Shown: piece after piece, positions 50,055-62,139 of the stretch
Layout of the letters: every line of letters starts with the position of its first letter
How positions within the stretch are numbered: position 1 is the stretch's first letter
Notes under the pieces: model-generated
Told to the model about the DNA's origin: nothing
What the model saw: only the letters and a program-made list of their open reading frames with translations
Database searches by the model: none
Assembly: GCA_051294905.1 (NCBI GenBank)
Contig: CM119375.1
Location: 6,200,001 to 6,264,000 of the forward strand
Origin: Botryllus schlosseri
Lineage: Eukaryota
DNA length: 64,000 nt
Reading direction: 5' to 3'
Position numbers and translations under genes: made by a program

Positions 50055-51416
50055 ATGCTAACAGGGGGAGCATTCCGAACGTTGAGCCTGATATGTGCAG
50101 CTCTTGTTGTAACTTACTGCTGTAACAGGAAAGGCATCTTAAAGGCACTTTTAGCCATGAATATGCATTCAGATGGACAACCACAAAATCTAATAATGCT
50201 TGGAGTTCGACTAAGGAAGGAAAAAGGATACTCCAGTTTCACTGGCTCCGTAATAAAAAAATACCACAAGATACATAGTGAAAATCTGTACATAGTACGC
50301 CACATCGCCCAACACAGTGACCATTTGCTACAGAAATGGTATGGACCAGACATCAACATCGTCGTATCAGATTCAGATACTGGATTGATGAAACTCCTCG
50401 TTGAAAGGTTCCTTGAAACCGAATACAAGATATTATTCTTAATCGACAGCGACATGGTGTTTCTCCAAGGCTGGGCTGATTTCATCACCAAGCAAATGAT
50501 TGAACTTGATGTACCCTTACTGTCACTGTATCACTCAGCTCATATGCATGATTATTCGAATGACTGTCCATTTGATACCGGGGATCTTTGTATAGGAAAT
50601 CTATCCAGTACACTCGGGATAGCTATCTCAAGGAAAATGGGTAAAGCAATCGTATCCCGATATTTGGACTTATTACAAAAATATGAGTGGAACAGGATAG
50701 CGGCAAAAAATGATGCACTGGCTCTTTATCCGAAAAAATCTCTTGTGATGAAAATTGGACAAGTGCGGCAGGATGAAAAATTCTGCGGAGAAAACGAAGT
50801 TGCTTATCGATTTCCAGTATGCCAACTTCCTCAATGGGTACGAGATGGAATCGAATTTTATTTTGATCGCTGTACTAACCCCGAGGAACTATATGCTCCT
50901 GGGCAGTCCCTTGTGCGAATAAATAACGAGCAACGGTTGTGGGTACGCCCTGCGATCTCCTACAGTCTATACGGCACTCAACCAAGATACACGGGTGGAG
51001 CAGTAGAGAACTCAAAACGTGTGTTCAGTGTCTATCCTGGATGGAAGATTTGGATGTATATTGATAATACAGTCCCAATACACATCACTGAGCTACTATG
51101 CGAAAACAATGTTTTATTTGTCAATATGACAGGTAGCAACATCATAAATCGAAGATATTGGCGGTATCTAATTGCATCCGAGCCTGTGAAAATGTATGCA
51201 GTTCGGGATATCCACTCTCGATTACATCACAGAGGCAAAGCCGCCGTGGATGAATGGATAAAATCAGGAAAGAAATTTCATGTCATGAGAGATCACCCCA
51301 ATCTTTCTTCTTTGCCGATCAACGGGGGCATGCGGGGACGTACCGGTGATGCGACAACAAACAAGAAAAAAAATATTCCCAATTACTGCAGCGAAAACGA
51401 GTGCATCACAGACTAA
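50055..51416 (+). CDS. Two-domain glycosyltransferase-like type-II membrane protein, copy 2 (premature stop near the C-terminus)
   Basis: Acceptor-like ttttcag at 50030, ATG 50055, hydrophobic anchor TLSLICAALVVTYCC; FLIDSD, SYSLYG, GAVEN, YPGW, WRYL, RDIHSR, AVDEWIKSGKKFHVMRDHP. Homology to copy 1 continues in frame past TAA 51414-51416. Confidence 0.8.
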   Translation: MLTGGAFRTLSLICAALVVTYCCNRKGILKALLAMNMHSDGQPQNLIMLGVRLRKEKGYSSFTGSVIKKYHKIHSENLYIVRHIAQHSDHLLQKWYGPDINIVVSDSDTGLMKLLVERFLETEYKILFLIDSDMVFLQGWADFITKQMIELDVPLLSLYHSAHMHDYSNDCPFDTGDLCIGNLSSTLGIAISRKMGKAIVSRYLDLLQKYEWNRIAAKNDALALYPKKSLVMKIGQVRQDEKFCGENEVAYRFPVCQLPQWVRDGIEFYFDRCTNPEELYAPGQSLVRINNEQRLWVRPAISYSLYGTQPRYTGGAVENSKRVFSVYPGWKIWMYIDNTVPIHITELLCENNVLFVNMTGSNIINRRYWRYLIASEPVKMYAVRDIHSRLHHRGKAAVDEWIKSGKKFHVMRDHPNLSSLPINGGMRGRTGDATTNKKKNIPNYCSENECITD

Positions 51417-52360
51417 ATATTTCTGCGAGATGTAATCTGGAAAATAGCACAAGAATCAGCATGTACCCACGGTTCATTTTCTCCGCATACGCTTGGAAGT
51501 GATAGCACTAGGCTAAAACAAATAATAGTAAAATTATCTTTGGTAGAATTGACTTTCATTAGTTTTCATGCCCAGTATGTTTTATCTGTGTGTATGTCGA
51601 TTTTGATAACATGTCGCCAAAGCTCCCGAGCACAGTGGTTCTCAGTATATAGTAGTCGTACCACCAGCAGTGGTAGCCTATACGCGAGACATTTCTTGTT
51701 GGTTCACGGGTTGATTTTCATTGCGGTCATCAATCTAATACTGTGGATTCTGTTATACTTGGGTATCTCTAAATCGCAACGGTAGCTCAATTCCTCATCC
51801 CCGTGATGAGTCGTTCTTCCATTTTCACGATATTTGTGGGTAAGGACTGTCTAAACTAAGAGGACTCGAGTCACTTAGCAAAAATGTCTTGAATTCACTC
51901 GGAATTAGCATTTTAGTAATTGGTGATCTGTAGTAGTATAGCTAACAATACGGAATACTTTACGCCAGTGCTTTTCAACCTGTGTGACGGTTCGCACTCG
52001 TGCCAATGAAAAAAATTGCAGTGCGAATGACGAAGGTGGTGCGAATAGTGCGAATGAAAATCCGGATCGAGTGCGAATGAAAACAGTGATTAATTGTTAA
52101 CTTTTCTGACGTGGAATAATTCAAATGAACCTAATAGGAAGTTTAAGATCAGAGTAACTTTTGTAGTTGCGACGCAAAATTTTCAACTTTGTCGCGGAGT
52201 TGCGCAACCCTGTCGCAGACGTGATGTTGCGAGTTGCCGGCAACTCCGGTGTGCATAGCCTCGTCGCAGACAGGCGCGATTCTCTCGTTTTATCGGGTCG
52301 CGAGCTCAGTGTGCAGAGGCCTCGACGCACCACTCATCGTAGCCCTCACAAGCCGTAGTG

Positions 52361-53410
52361 CAGTGGTTCCCAACCTTTTTCGTCTCGTGCCCCCCCTGGC
52401 CGATATTTGAGCTAAAATTCCCCCCTATGAAAAAGTTGCCAGTGACTAAAAAAATATGCTTTTCAACGCGCAACCACTTGTTGAAAGAAAAGGAAAGGAC
52501 GTAGTTTATTTTTGTCCTTGATGTTTTTTTCCGGCATATACACCGACTCATGATACACATACATACGATCTGTGCATATACGTACCATTAGCGTATGGTT
52601 TGCATATGCCGCTGGACAAGGAAGTGCAGATATAGCCTTTACGGCTTTTTAAGTCATGCACCACCCCTCCATGCTATCCCAGTAGTGCATGAGCGCCAAG
52701 CAGGGAAGTCATGGATACCAGTGTTGCTGTAATCAGGTCTTTGGTCTGACTCGGCCGGGGATCGAACCCACGACCTACCGATCAAGAAGCCGGACGCTTC
52801 ACCATTACGCTATCTTGAGCAACTAATGGCCAGACATATTCAGATATGTCCGAAGTATGGCGAATGCGGACCGCAATAAACTTTGGTAAAGTACAGTCAA
52901 ATTTGACCTGTTTTTCACCGGTTGGGTAGCGGCTGACGAAAAATAAATCAAGTCCGCTCGCTATGGACTTGAGTTGAATTGTTGAATTGGTACGGTATGT
53001 TTTTCACGTTAGCACATATGTTGGCTTAAAAAGTTAAACAATTTCACTAGCGGCCTTGTGCTGAAGTCGGCTTGACGTTTTCCTGCTTAGTAGCAATTTG
53101 GTCGAGAGGCTGTCGTGGACCCAACGAAATCGTCTCTTGAGTCTCACTTTATCAGGGGGTGTAATATATACGGAAGGCATTTGAACATACACCTAGCTTG
53201 AAATACGCCAAAGAAACATACAATTGTTAAGAACTAATTTCTACTTAACAGTTCTATACCATAAAAATCTGAAAACCTTGTGAACCCAGTGTATATCTTC
53301 CGATACAATGCAAAAGCCAGATTCCCCCTAAAAAAATTAAGCCAGATTCCCCACTAAGAATATCAAAATTCCCCCCAAGGGGGGAATTCCCCCCCGGTTG
53401 GGAACCACTG
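52361..53410. mobile_element. Buster-type MITE nested in 51966-55110
   Basis: TIR CAGTGGTTCCCAACC...GGTTGGGAACCACTG; perfect TSD CCGTAGTG. Confidence 0.92.
52641..52815 (-). mobile_element. tRNA-derived SINE nested in 52361-53410
   Basis: Reverse complement reads GATAGCGTAATGG...GGTTCGATCCCCGGCCGAGTCAGACCAAAGAC...TGGTATCCATGACTTCCCTGCTTGGCGCTCA; head nearly identical to 187-260. Confidence 0.85.
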
Positions 53411-54779
53411 CCGTAGTGAATTAATATTCCCGCACTCTAATTATTACGTAACCAAAAGCCTGGTTTGAAGCTGGTGTAGTGGCAGTATAGAGATCTCTAC
53501 AAAATCTATATAGTGGCAGACATATGGTACATCAGCCCGTCTGAGCCCCGGACAGGCTGAAAAAATGACGTCGAATTGACTTTCTGCTTTCTTTCGCTAA
53601 ACAATCATCATATTTTCGTAATAACTGTTCGATTTGCGCGAGGCACCAGGATATTAGTAAATACCATCATTACAGACTCACATTTGCAAGTTACTGTAAC
53701 GCATATTTTTACCCCTTCAAGGGTTATTACAGTATGGACCGCAAAGGGTATAATTTTGGGTCTACTCGGTGGCAGAGCTATCTGTTAATTTGTACGTAAT
53801 ATTTATTTAATTTATTGCAAAAAGTCCTGCGATCGTTTCTACATATCGTAGCCAATAAGCGAGACACGCATTAAATGTGGTTTTATCATGAGAATTCATG
53901 ATAAGATTTGTCCGACTGTTTTTTTTTTTGGAAAACATGGTCGAAGACCGTTGGGATGAACTAGTGTAGGGGTGTGCAACGAGCGAGTTCAGGCCTATGA
54001 GACTCATTTATTTCGAGGCCAACCCCTTCTGCGTCGGGGCACATGAAGACGTCAAGTTTCGGCGAACAAACCGCTGATAAATGCGGTGCCAAAAACATAA
54101 GCGGCGACAAAACCTCGGTCTACAAATTACCGATGTTGGATGACCAAACCTTTCGAGATGGATTGGATATGTTCCGTTGTCTGCACGGAATAGTCCCGTT
54201 CTTGCAATCTGAGTTGACACTAGTACAACTGCGATCCGCAGAGGAATTTAATTCGCCCTAATTTCAAATCGCGTGCGTCAGACATGTTTTGTAGAGCTGT
54301 GTTGGGTAGAATTGTGGTGTGTGCGTTCTGTATGTCATACATGCCCGTAAAATCGTAACATACAACTGTAATGTTAAAAATAAATTCTTTTTCATGGGTG
54401 AGGCTCGGGTCGTGAGATGTCACAAAAACTCAGATTTTGGTGGTAGTCTAAAAGCTGCTTTACCGTTTTTAAACTGTCATGAATTCCCAAGTTCGACTGA
54501 GCTAAAGAGTATAACACACTGTATCATGAGTTATTTGTTCTTCTCATAAACTTGCGAGACAGAAGTTGGAGCAACGTATCATCAGGTAGCGAGCTCTAAT
54601 GTGCCTACTCTCCTTGATCGTTTTGCACCTTATGTTCCAAAGAAATAAAGCAAAAGCCTCAACACAATCATGTGGGTTTTTCATCCTTTCGACAGATTGG
54701 AGCCTTGCGGGACCTTTGTGTCAGCTCTCAAATACGTTTTCTGCCAGCAAGCATTTTTCACTCGCGAAAAATACGCTGT

Positions 54780-54990
54780 ATTTTGGATAGGAGTGCAGAA
54801 CAGATTTTAAGACCTGGCCATCCAAGCACTAGTACACGTTTTTGTACAAATTCCCAACAACATTGTTTGGCCGAGAAGGGTTTTAGTGAAATAATTGGAA
54901 GCAAAACGAGCGAAAAATGTTGCCTTCTTATCGAGACACTTGATAGCTTAAGTAACATAGTAGTCAATTTGTTGCATATCTGAACAAAAT
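54780..54990 (+). pseudogene. hAT (Buster/Charlie) transposase C-terminal remnant
   Basis: FWIGVQNRF*DLAIQAL... and, after a frameshift, HCLAEKGFSEIIGSK...LSNI, matching the hAT dimerisation domain. Confidence 0.7.
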
Positions 54991-55683
54991 GTTGTTAAGT
55001 AGGCCTATTTTCATCTACTTTTTGTATAACAATTTTCGATTAGTTTGTGCGAATGAAATTTATTTTACAAAAAAATTGCGTACGGAGCACAAAAAGGTTG
55101 AAAAGCACTGCTTTACGCGAAACGTCCTGTTGCTTGTCGTAAAGTTCTTCGTACCAGATATACTCAATGCAGGGTAGTTAGTCTCCTTTTTACGCAGCAC
55201 ATTAATACCAGAATCGATAACCTTCCTTTACATATTGATTCTGTTGTATAGGTAAATGCGCCCTCCTCCAACAGAATATTATTCTAAATCACTCATATTA
55301 TTCACATTTCTGAGGCTATGGTTTCTTGTCAGACATCACTTGAGAATACCGGTTGGCCTACTCATCGACTTCGACCTAATCAAAGAATATCGAGATTAGT
55401 GCAATGCTTAATCGTTGTTGTAACGTCTATATATTCCATTCATATGACCTACAACCTCTCATAGTACTACAATATAGAGATTTGTGAGACCTGCGGCTCC
55501 AAAACTGACCTCCAGGGCAAATCACATGAACACGATTCCTGAGTAAAATACACTGAACAGTGAACCTGAACACGCACTGACCAGCCTTTAGACTCCTTAG
55601 AGGTTGTTTACATTTCGAATGAATTTGAGCCCGTAGAACAACAGATCATAAGCAATCTGACGATGTTGCTTAGGAACAGGGCA

Positions 55684-55771
55684 TGGTATGGTATGGTATG
55701 GTATGGTATGGTATGGTATGGTATGGTATGGTATGGTATGGTATGGTATGGTATGGTATGGTATGGTATGG
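55684..55771 (+). repeat. (TGGTA)n pentanucleotide array
   Basis: About 17 perfect units; forms the left subterminal region of 55677-59490. Confidence 0.95.
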
Positions 55772-56116
55772 AAGAATGGTATGGATCGATATTTTGGTAT
55801 GGAATATGGAACAATGCAAGTATGGTATGGAATGGAAGATTTTAATCTATGGTATGGAACGACATTTTCATACTTCCATACTTTGGTGTTTTATACATTT
55901 TATCGTGATCTGTGCAAGCTTCATGAAGCGTACGTTGTTCGTTGTTTACGGAATACGATCGATTTTCCTATGTGTGAACGTGAACTATTGAACGCTCTGT
56001 AGGAACAAATACGCGCTTATGCAACGGTTTTAGGAGCACTTGGAATGACATGATTTTGTGATGTAATAATGACAACAGTAATGTTGATCCGATATTCTCT
56101 CGAGTCTAGGCACGAC

Positions 56117-58122
56117 CAAAGAATGTAGAAGGACAAGAAGTGCGAGGTCATTGTGTCGTCATTTGATTGTTACGTAGGGCGTCCGCCATTTTGGTCCTGA
56201 AGCTGCAGCGATCTATCGTCGATTTGCCTATAGACGCTCTCGTCGGTTCTCCTAAAATTGACTTTTTGAATGATTTCCACCAGTTTATTCGTAAAGTCCC
56301 AGTATTAATGTTCAATTTATAACATTACTAAGTATTTGAAACGAACACTAAGCCGAGAATATACATAATTCAAAAAGTAGGGCTGTTTATATAGGCCTAC
56401 GCCCTACATGAAGAGGTACTCGGTAGCTAAGCCCTTCCTACTTTTGCAAAGTGCTTGAGTAGTTTTTCTCTAGTTGCAGTACTTAACCAAGTAAATCTCA
56501 TTATCCTATACCTCGCTCCGCATCATATCATCTACAGGCCTTGAAATACGGGGGCGGGGCCATGTCACAGTTTATGAAAGAAGTCGCATCACTGGGGTGG
56601 AAAAGTATAGCAACACTATTCTATAAAAATACATCGCGAATGGAATTGTCCATGTTTGCCAATTCATAACTACTTTGGGCTGCTTCGAAAAGCACTTTAT
56701 ATTTTTACGTGTAGCCTACTAAGTCGAATTAGGCGTCGCTACTTTTACTTCTACTTGAGTAGGTTTGCCATTTGCCTATGAAGCAACAGCAACAGTACGG
56801 ATGAAGGAACAATAAATATGAGAAACAACCATAGCCTACACGTGATATTTAGAAATCCATGTATACAAGTAGCATCTATTGCTATACTATATCGCGTCTA
56901 CTTTGTGAAGCATGAAGTTCAGTCGGCTGTCTTAGTTGACGTAGGCTACCAAACGAGCGAATTTAATCCGAAGTCGAATTCATCACCTTTGGGACAGCTA
57001 CATCCAGGAACACAATGTAGTTCCTGTCATGAAAGCTAGCTTGTCAGATGTCAAGATCTTTGCAATCAAATCCAGGACCAAATGTACTGAATTCCAGCGG
57101 CTAATTAACGTAGCCTATAATACCACCAGTTCACACAGCGCTCGATAAAACGGTATTCTCAGGTATTCATATCTAAAGATCGGTTATAACTATTAAAGAT
57201 CGAAGACTAAAAATCTCTATACTGTGGTTCTACAAGGTTTCCAGGTGAAAACCTGGTTTTCGTTGATGGTGTCGATCGTCGCTCTATTTGTACCCACAGG
57301 CCAACTGTCTGTCCTTCCCGTTTCCCACCGTCGATCTGATCCTATCGGTAAAAAGCTTCCTATCACCTTCTGCATTCTTTTCGTCGTATCAGAGTTTAGT
57401 TTCAACTACCCTGATTGAAAACGATAATAAACTGTATGCATTTGCCTATAATCACAACATTCGGATATATCATCATCACACTTTTTATCGAATCACTACA
57501 CCACAAGATTACGGTAGAATATAATGAAAAGACGGAAGGGTGCCGAAACGACTTGGAGTAATCTTTTAATCAGACAACTACCTTGGCCTACAGCATGTAA
57601 ATAAGAGTCATGCACACTGGATCTAAGAAAGGATAACATAAGAGGAACAAGCGACAAAAATTAATGCAGCATATGTCGGTAGGCGAGGTCGATATGACAG
57701 GTTATAGGTTAGGTCAGGTAATCAAAGTCGAACACCCTGTGTTGGCGTGTATTAATCCCGCTGGCAATTTATCTTCCATATCCGCCTTCTTTTCATCCGC
57801 TGGAAATCGTTACAAAGCATTGCGAGATGCGCAATTTGGTGCAGCACAAAGTACTTGCTGTACGGTAGTTCGGGTATATTTGAAATAAGAACAACGTGTA
57901 GACAACGAAAGAATATTAACTGACCTTGGTTTCGTCGTGAAATATACAAGCAATCCAGCATAATTCCATAAATATCACTGTTAACAGCGCCAAAAACTAC
58001 AGCCGCACGCATATAGCTTCAGGTTGTTTGTTTTGGTTTTTGAGGACCAAAATGGATGCCGCTGCGCAACAATCGCATGACGCAACAATGACCTCGCACT
58101 TCTTGTCCTTCTATATTCTTTG
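56117..58122. mobile_element. Nested TIR element with THAP remnant (P-element-like or THAP-bearing hAT)
   Basis: Long TIR CAAAGAATGTAGAAGGACAAGAAGTGCGAGGTCATTG...CAATGACCTCGCACTTCTTGTCCTTCTATATTCTTTG; perfect TSD GGCACGAC; CCATTTTGGTCC subterminal motif in inverted orientation at both ends. Confidence 0.88.
57755..57848 (-). pseudogene. THAP zinc-finger remnant
   Basis: CAAPNCASRNAL*RFPADEK/RRRIWKINCQRD (one stop, one frameshift) follows the THAP consensus CxxPNC...RFPxDxxRRxxWxxNCxRxD. Confidence 0.75.
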
Positions 58123-58548
58123 GGCACGACGTCTCCGAGCATAGTCTATCATGTGACGCAATAATTGGTAATGTAGGCTACTCCAACTGCCTCATTCTTT
58201 GAGTGACGACAGCTTACAAGCAATCATGATGCAACGAACTAAATGCTCAATGTGATTGATAATTACATTTCTTCCGAAACATTGTCCGCACATCTATACT
58301 ATTTACATACCGAGATATCTTATTGGTCATATTTCAAACGATCTCGCATTAGGATTATATATCAGGGAGTAGGGTAGATATAGTTTGGAATTCTCGCCAC
58401 GCTAACCCCAACAAATACTGTACTAATAACAAACACGCAGATCGCTACAGTATTGCGCCTATATTATAAATTATTTTGCGAGTATTTACTTCAAACTTGC
58501 ATGTGCCTCATGCCAATGTACCGGAAATGAAATGATATCCTTATGGAA

Positions 58549-59131
58549 CAGGGGCGGGCAACTTCTCCAGTCGGCGGGCCGGAAATAGGAAAATTAGGTA
58601 CTTGGCGGGCCGGATTGCTGAATGGATAAATTATTCGCCCATGTATACAAGGAATAAATCGTATTTAATGAATGTATTTTATCGACAGCAATGTCACTTC
58701 AACGCCATTTCTCGCCGATAATGACTATACAATGTTGATTTGAGAATAGCATTGTCATACAGGCGACGCCGTGTCTGCTTCTCCCTGATCAAATAACTCA
58801 CGGTGCAATCCTTAATTAAGATTTCAAAGCGTTTGATAATCCCGGTACCCAAAATTTACCAAGAATCAATTTATTAGGGTTCAGCACATCGTAAATGCCG
58901 ATAATGCAAGTCTCCTCGCTTCGACGAACTTACGCGTAAGCTCAACTCTCGCACGCTGCACAGTGCGCACACCTATATAATAACATACAGTCACTAAAAT
59001 TTGACGTTTAGGCCAGTAGGGGGGAATCTTGGCAGACTGGGGCCGCGGGCCACATTATTATGTAAGGCGGGAAACTGTCCGCGGGCCGGAAAAAATATTG
59101 TTGCCCGCGGGCCGGATGTTCCCAGTCCCTT
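58549..59131. mobile_element. Diverged hAT MITE nested in 55677-59490
   Basis: CAGGGGCGGGCAAC...GTTCCCAGTCCCTT ends, GCGGGCCG subterminal motifs, degenerate TSD TTATGGAA/TTACGGAC. Confidence 0.6.
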
Positions 59132-62100
59132 TTACGGACAGTCCTAGAAATCTGCTGACTATCTCATTTTGCTCGCGAAAGCTGTCAAGTAGAGGTACAC
59201 GGCACCTCACCACTGTGAACTAAACCTCACCCAAACAGACTGTAAAACTATTACTAGGAATTAGATTCGCACCATGGCCAGTTTATGACATCCGAAATAT
59301 CAATAATATAGGTGCTATAAATGGTACTATACTTATGATATTGAAGTATTTGAAAGTATGGAATATGTATCAAGTATGGCATGGAACAATGATGGCATGG
59401 TATGGAAAATTGCAAGTATGGTATGGAGAGAGTAAGGCAAGTATGGAGTATGGAAAATTCTCGTTCCATACCATACCATACCATGCCCTGCTTAGGAAAT
59501 GACTCTCGAACTTCCGTGTGAGCTCCTGTTTGTGTTCAAATCAAAACATGTTGCTGCATACCAACTTCGTGTATCGACTAGAAGACTCCGGGCGAGTCAT
59601 TCCGCTGACTTGACTCAATACATTCTATACGACTTGATCGGGTGTATCAGAACCGATACTTGAATATGAATAAACATGTTGAGAGTGAGAAATGAGTATA
59701 TTATGAAATGGAGGTCTTTGAGATCACTCAAGCATTTCGACATATTGTGTTGAACCTGACTCAAAATCCAAAAGTGAACACTCAGACTAGACGCGTTGAT
59801 TCCAGAGGCAGAAGAGTATTGAATCGCTAAAATTGAAAAAAGAATGCGAAACACTGAAAATACACAAAGAACCGATGGTCAAGCGCGTCTTTAGCGGTCA
59901 TTCACGTGAGCAGGTTAACGGCCAGCAGTCGGTCGAGTAGCCGACACGCGGAATCGGGAATCTCATTAGCATTAGTGTATAGCGATGCGAGTACAGCCGC
60001 GAGGTGGCGTTTTTGCGAGTTGGCTTTGAGCATGGCGGGTTGTTCAGTCGAAATGAGTTGGAAAACACGTTCAATAAAACACCCTGTTGTCCAGCGGCAT
60101 ACGCATACGCAGTACGCACATCATGCACTCATGGTATTCACCGGCACCGACTATGTGTCTGTAGTGTATCATGAGTCGGTTTATATGCCGCAAAAACATC
60201 AAGGACAAACATGTATAACTCTCGCCAGGAACGTGAGGCACAGTAGGGTAACTATATTTTGAGATCCGGACATAAGGACACTTGTTAAAAATCAATAAAT
60301 TTATATGCCAGGTGACAAAACGGGTAATATGAAAATCATTACAGGAAATACTGTCGAAAATGGTCGTTATTGCATCACCCGAAAGACCCGCTCGAACGTC
60401 CATATTTCAGATTCCGTTTCATTGTTGTCCAACCATCTAGTACTTATCGTCACATACACCTAACTTCACTGCAGTCACTGCTCTTCATCTTTTTCACAAT
60501 TGGCGATGTAAATGGTCTGTTGAAAACAACGCCATCTCTATTTATTTTAGCTTTTGAATCTCCGCTACGTTGAAATGGTTTCTTTCACAGAAGGGAACAT
60601 GTAGGCTATTTACCAAGAAGAGTGCTAATCTATTGAAGCGAATTCGCACAAAGATTAGTCATTATTGATTACTAAAAATTGAATTCGATGGCTGCCCGGG
60701 TAAACACCAAAGTTTGCGTTGGTTTGGTGATCGGTTAGGGAATTTCTTATAATGCAATGGTTCTTAAACGGGTGACCGCGAAACCTTCAAACTTGGAAAA
60801 CGGTTGATAACATAAGTTGAATTCTTCAATTAAGGAAATCACGAGGCAGTTTCACTTTACCACTGGTAAAGTGATCGCCCGATATTAAATATTCTATTTG
60901 TGTAAACTCATTTTAATGGCCCAATCGTCAATAGCCTACAGATACAGGCATATTGCTGTTTAGCGATGCTTTGTCGGGGTTTTGGAGTGAATTTGTTCGC
61001 TGAAATTAATTTTCTCCTGTGATATACAACCGCTGTTCCAGAATAACTTCAACATGAGCTGCTAAACTGGGATTACCATATTTTTGGCTCAAATTCATTC
61101 ACTCTATAGCGCCCACTAGCGGATTTCAAAATGAGTTCAGATTCATTGTCTGTAGTTTGAACAGACAGTTTGAACAGTGAAATTCCGGACGTAGGGCAAC
61201 CCTATGCTAGAGAAAAATAATTAGACTGGACTTGATATGCTCAATAAAATCTGTTTCGCTATTTTGGTTCCATAAATGTTGCGATACTACTCAAAATTGT
61301 CGCCGGAAGCGTTACGTGTTATTTCACCACGGCCTATCTTTGTGGAAATGGACTTTCGAAACTCGTTCATATCAAATCTAGGACGCAGATTTTCAAGATA
61401 TGACCGCGCATTTCAGAAAATGCAGCTACAGAATTCTCTTGAAATAATAAAATTCTACCCAAATTATACATAAATAGTATGATGTATTTTATTGAAAAAT
61501 CATTTTGTTGATGTTTATCGCCGGCTTACAGTTAATATTTGCACAGGACAAATGAAGGTTGCACGATAATTGAGTGAAATTAAAACTAAAACGTTTAGAA
61601 GGGCTCTGTGGGGTCCGTACCTGTCCAAAGGTGGTTCGCGAAGACAAAAAGGTTGAAAACCACTGATAAAGTCATTAAATCATCCTTTCTCGGTTAACAA
61701 TTCGGGTTTTTTCTATAGGGAATATTGTCTTGGCACTACAAATATACGTCACGATGACGGAATGCATCCAGTTACAGTGTATTCTGTGGTAGACATGCAG
61801 TGATTCAGAAAGAAGCAGAAAGATATATTGGCCCGTATATCATGATGAGGTAGTTCACTAAGTCACTAAAGTATATAGTACATATACCTTTTAGCAACTA
61901 TCCCTTTAATACTTCACGAGTCTGCGCAAACCAACCAATTTACTGAGCGGTCCCTTGGACAAGAATGCGTAGCATGGGGTTGCCAAGGCTGGACTCCCCA
62001 TTTACCGTCATTTTTCCGTGTGCGGTGTTGACTAGACTCGCGCTTGGTCCGATTCAAGTGCTTAGAGTAAGTGAGAATGCGAATATGACTATAGTGAATA

Positions 62101-62139
62101 TGATAAGTAAGAAAGAAAAATGTGCATCATATTTTAAAG

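Larger units (their letters stand above)
51966..55110. mobile_element. Buster-type hAT element (internally deleted, with transposase remnant)
   Basis: TIR CAGTGCTTTTCAACC...GGTTGAAAAGCACTG; perfect TSD CTTTACGC; GTGCGAAT subterminal repeats. Confidence 0.9.
55677..59490. mobile_element. hAT-type non-autonomous element with (TGGTA)n subterminal arrays
   Basis: TIR CAGGGCATGGTATGGTATGG...CCATACCATACCATGCCCTG; perfect TSD CTTAGGAA. Confidence 0.92.

Noticed and set aside
44366-51416. Bacterial contamination as the source of the GT-like ORFs
   Set aside because: They are interleaved with this genome's own MITE and LINE families and have eukaryotic signal anchors and acceptor-like sites; long reads should still confirm contiguity.
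55608-56002. WYGMV/IPYHT repeat ORFs
   Set aside because: Translations of the (TGGTA)n array.
59906-60403. 118-aa and 110-aa ORFs and a weak PGDKTG RT-like snippet
   Set aside because: No supporting motifs, splice signals or element boundaries.
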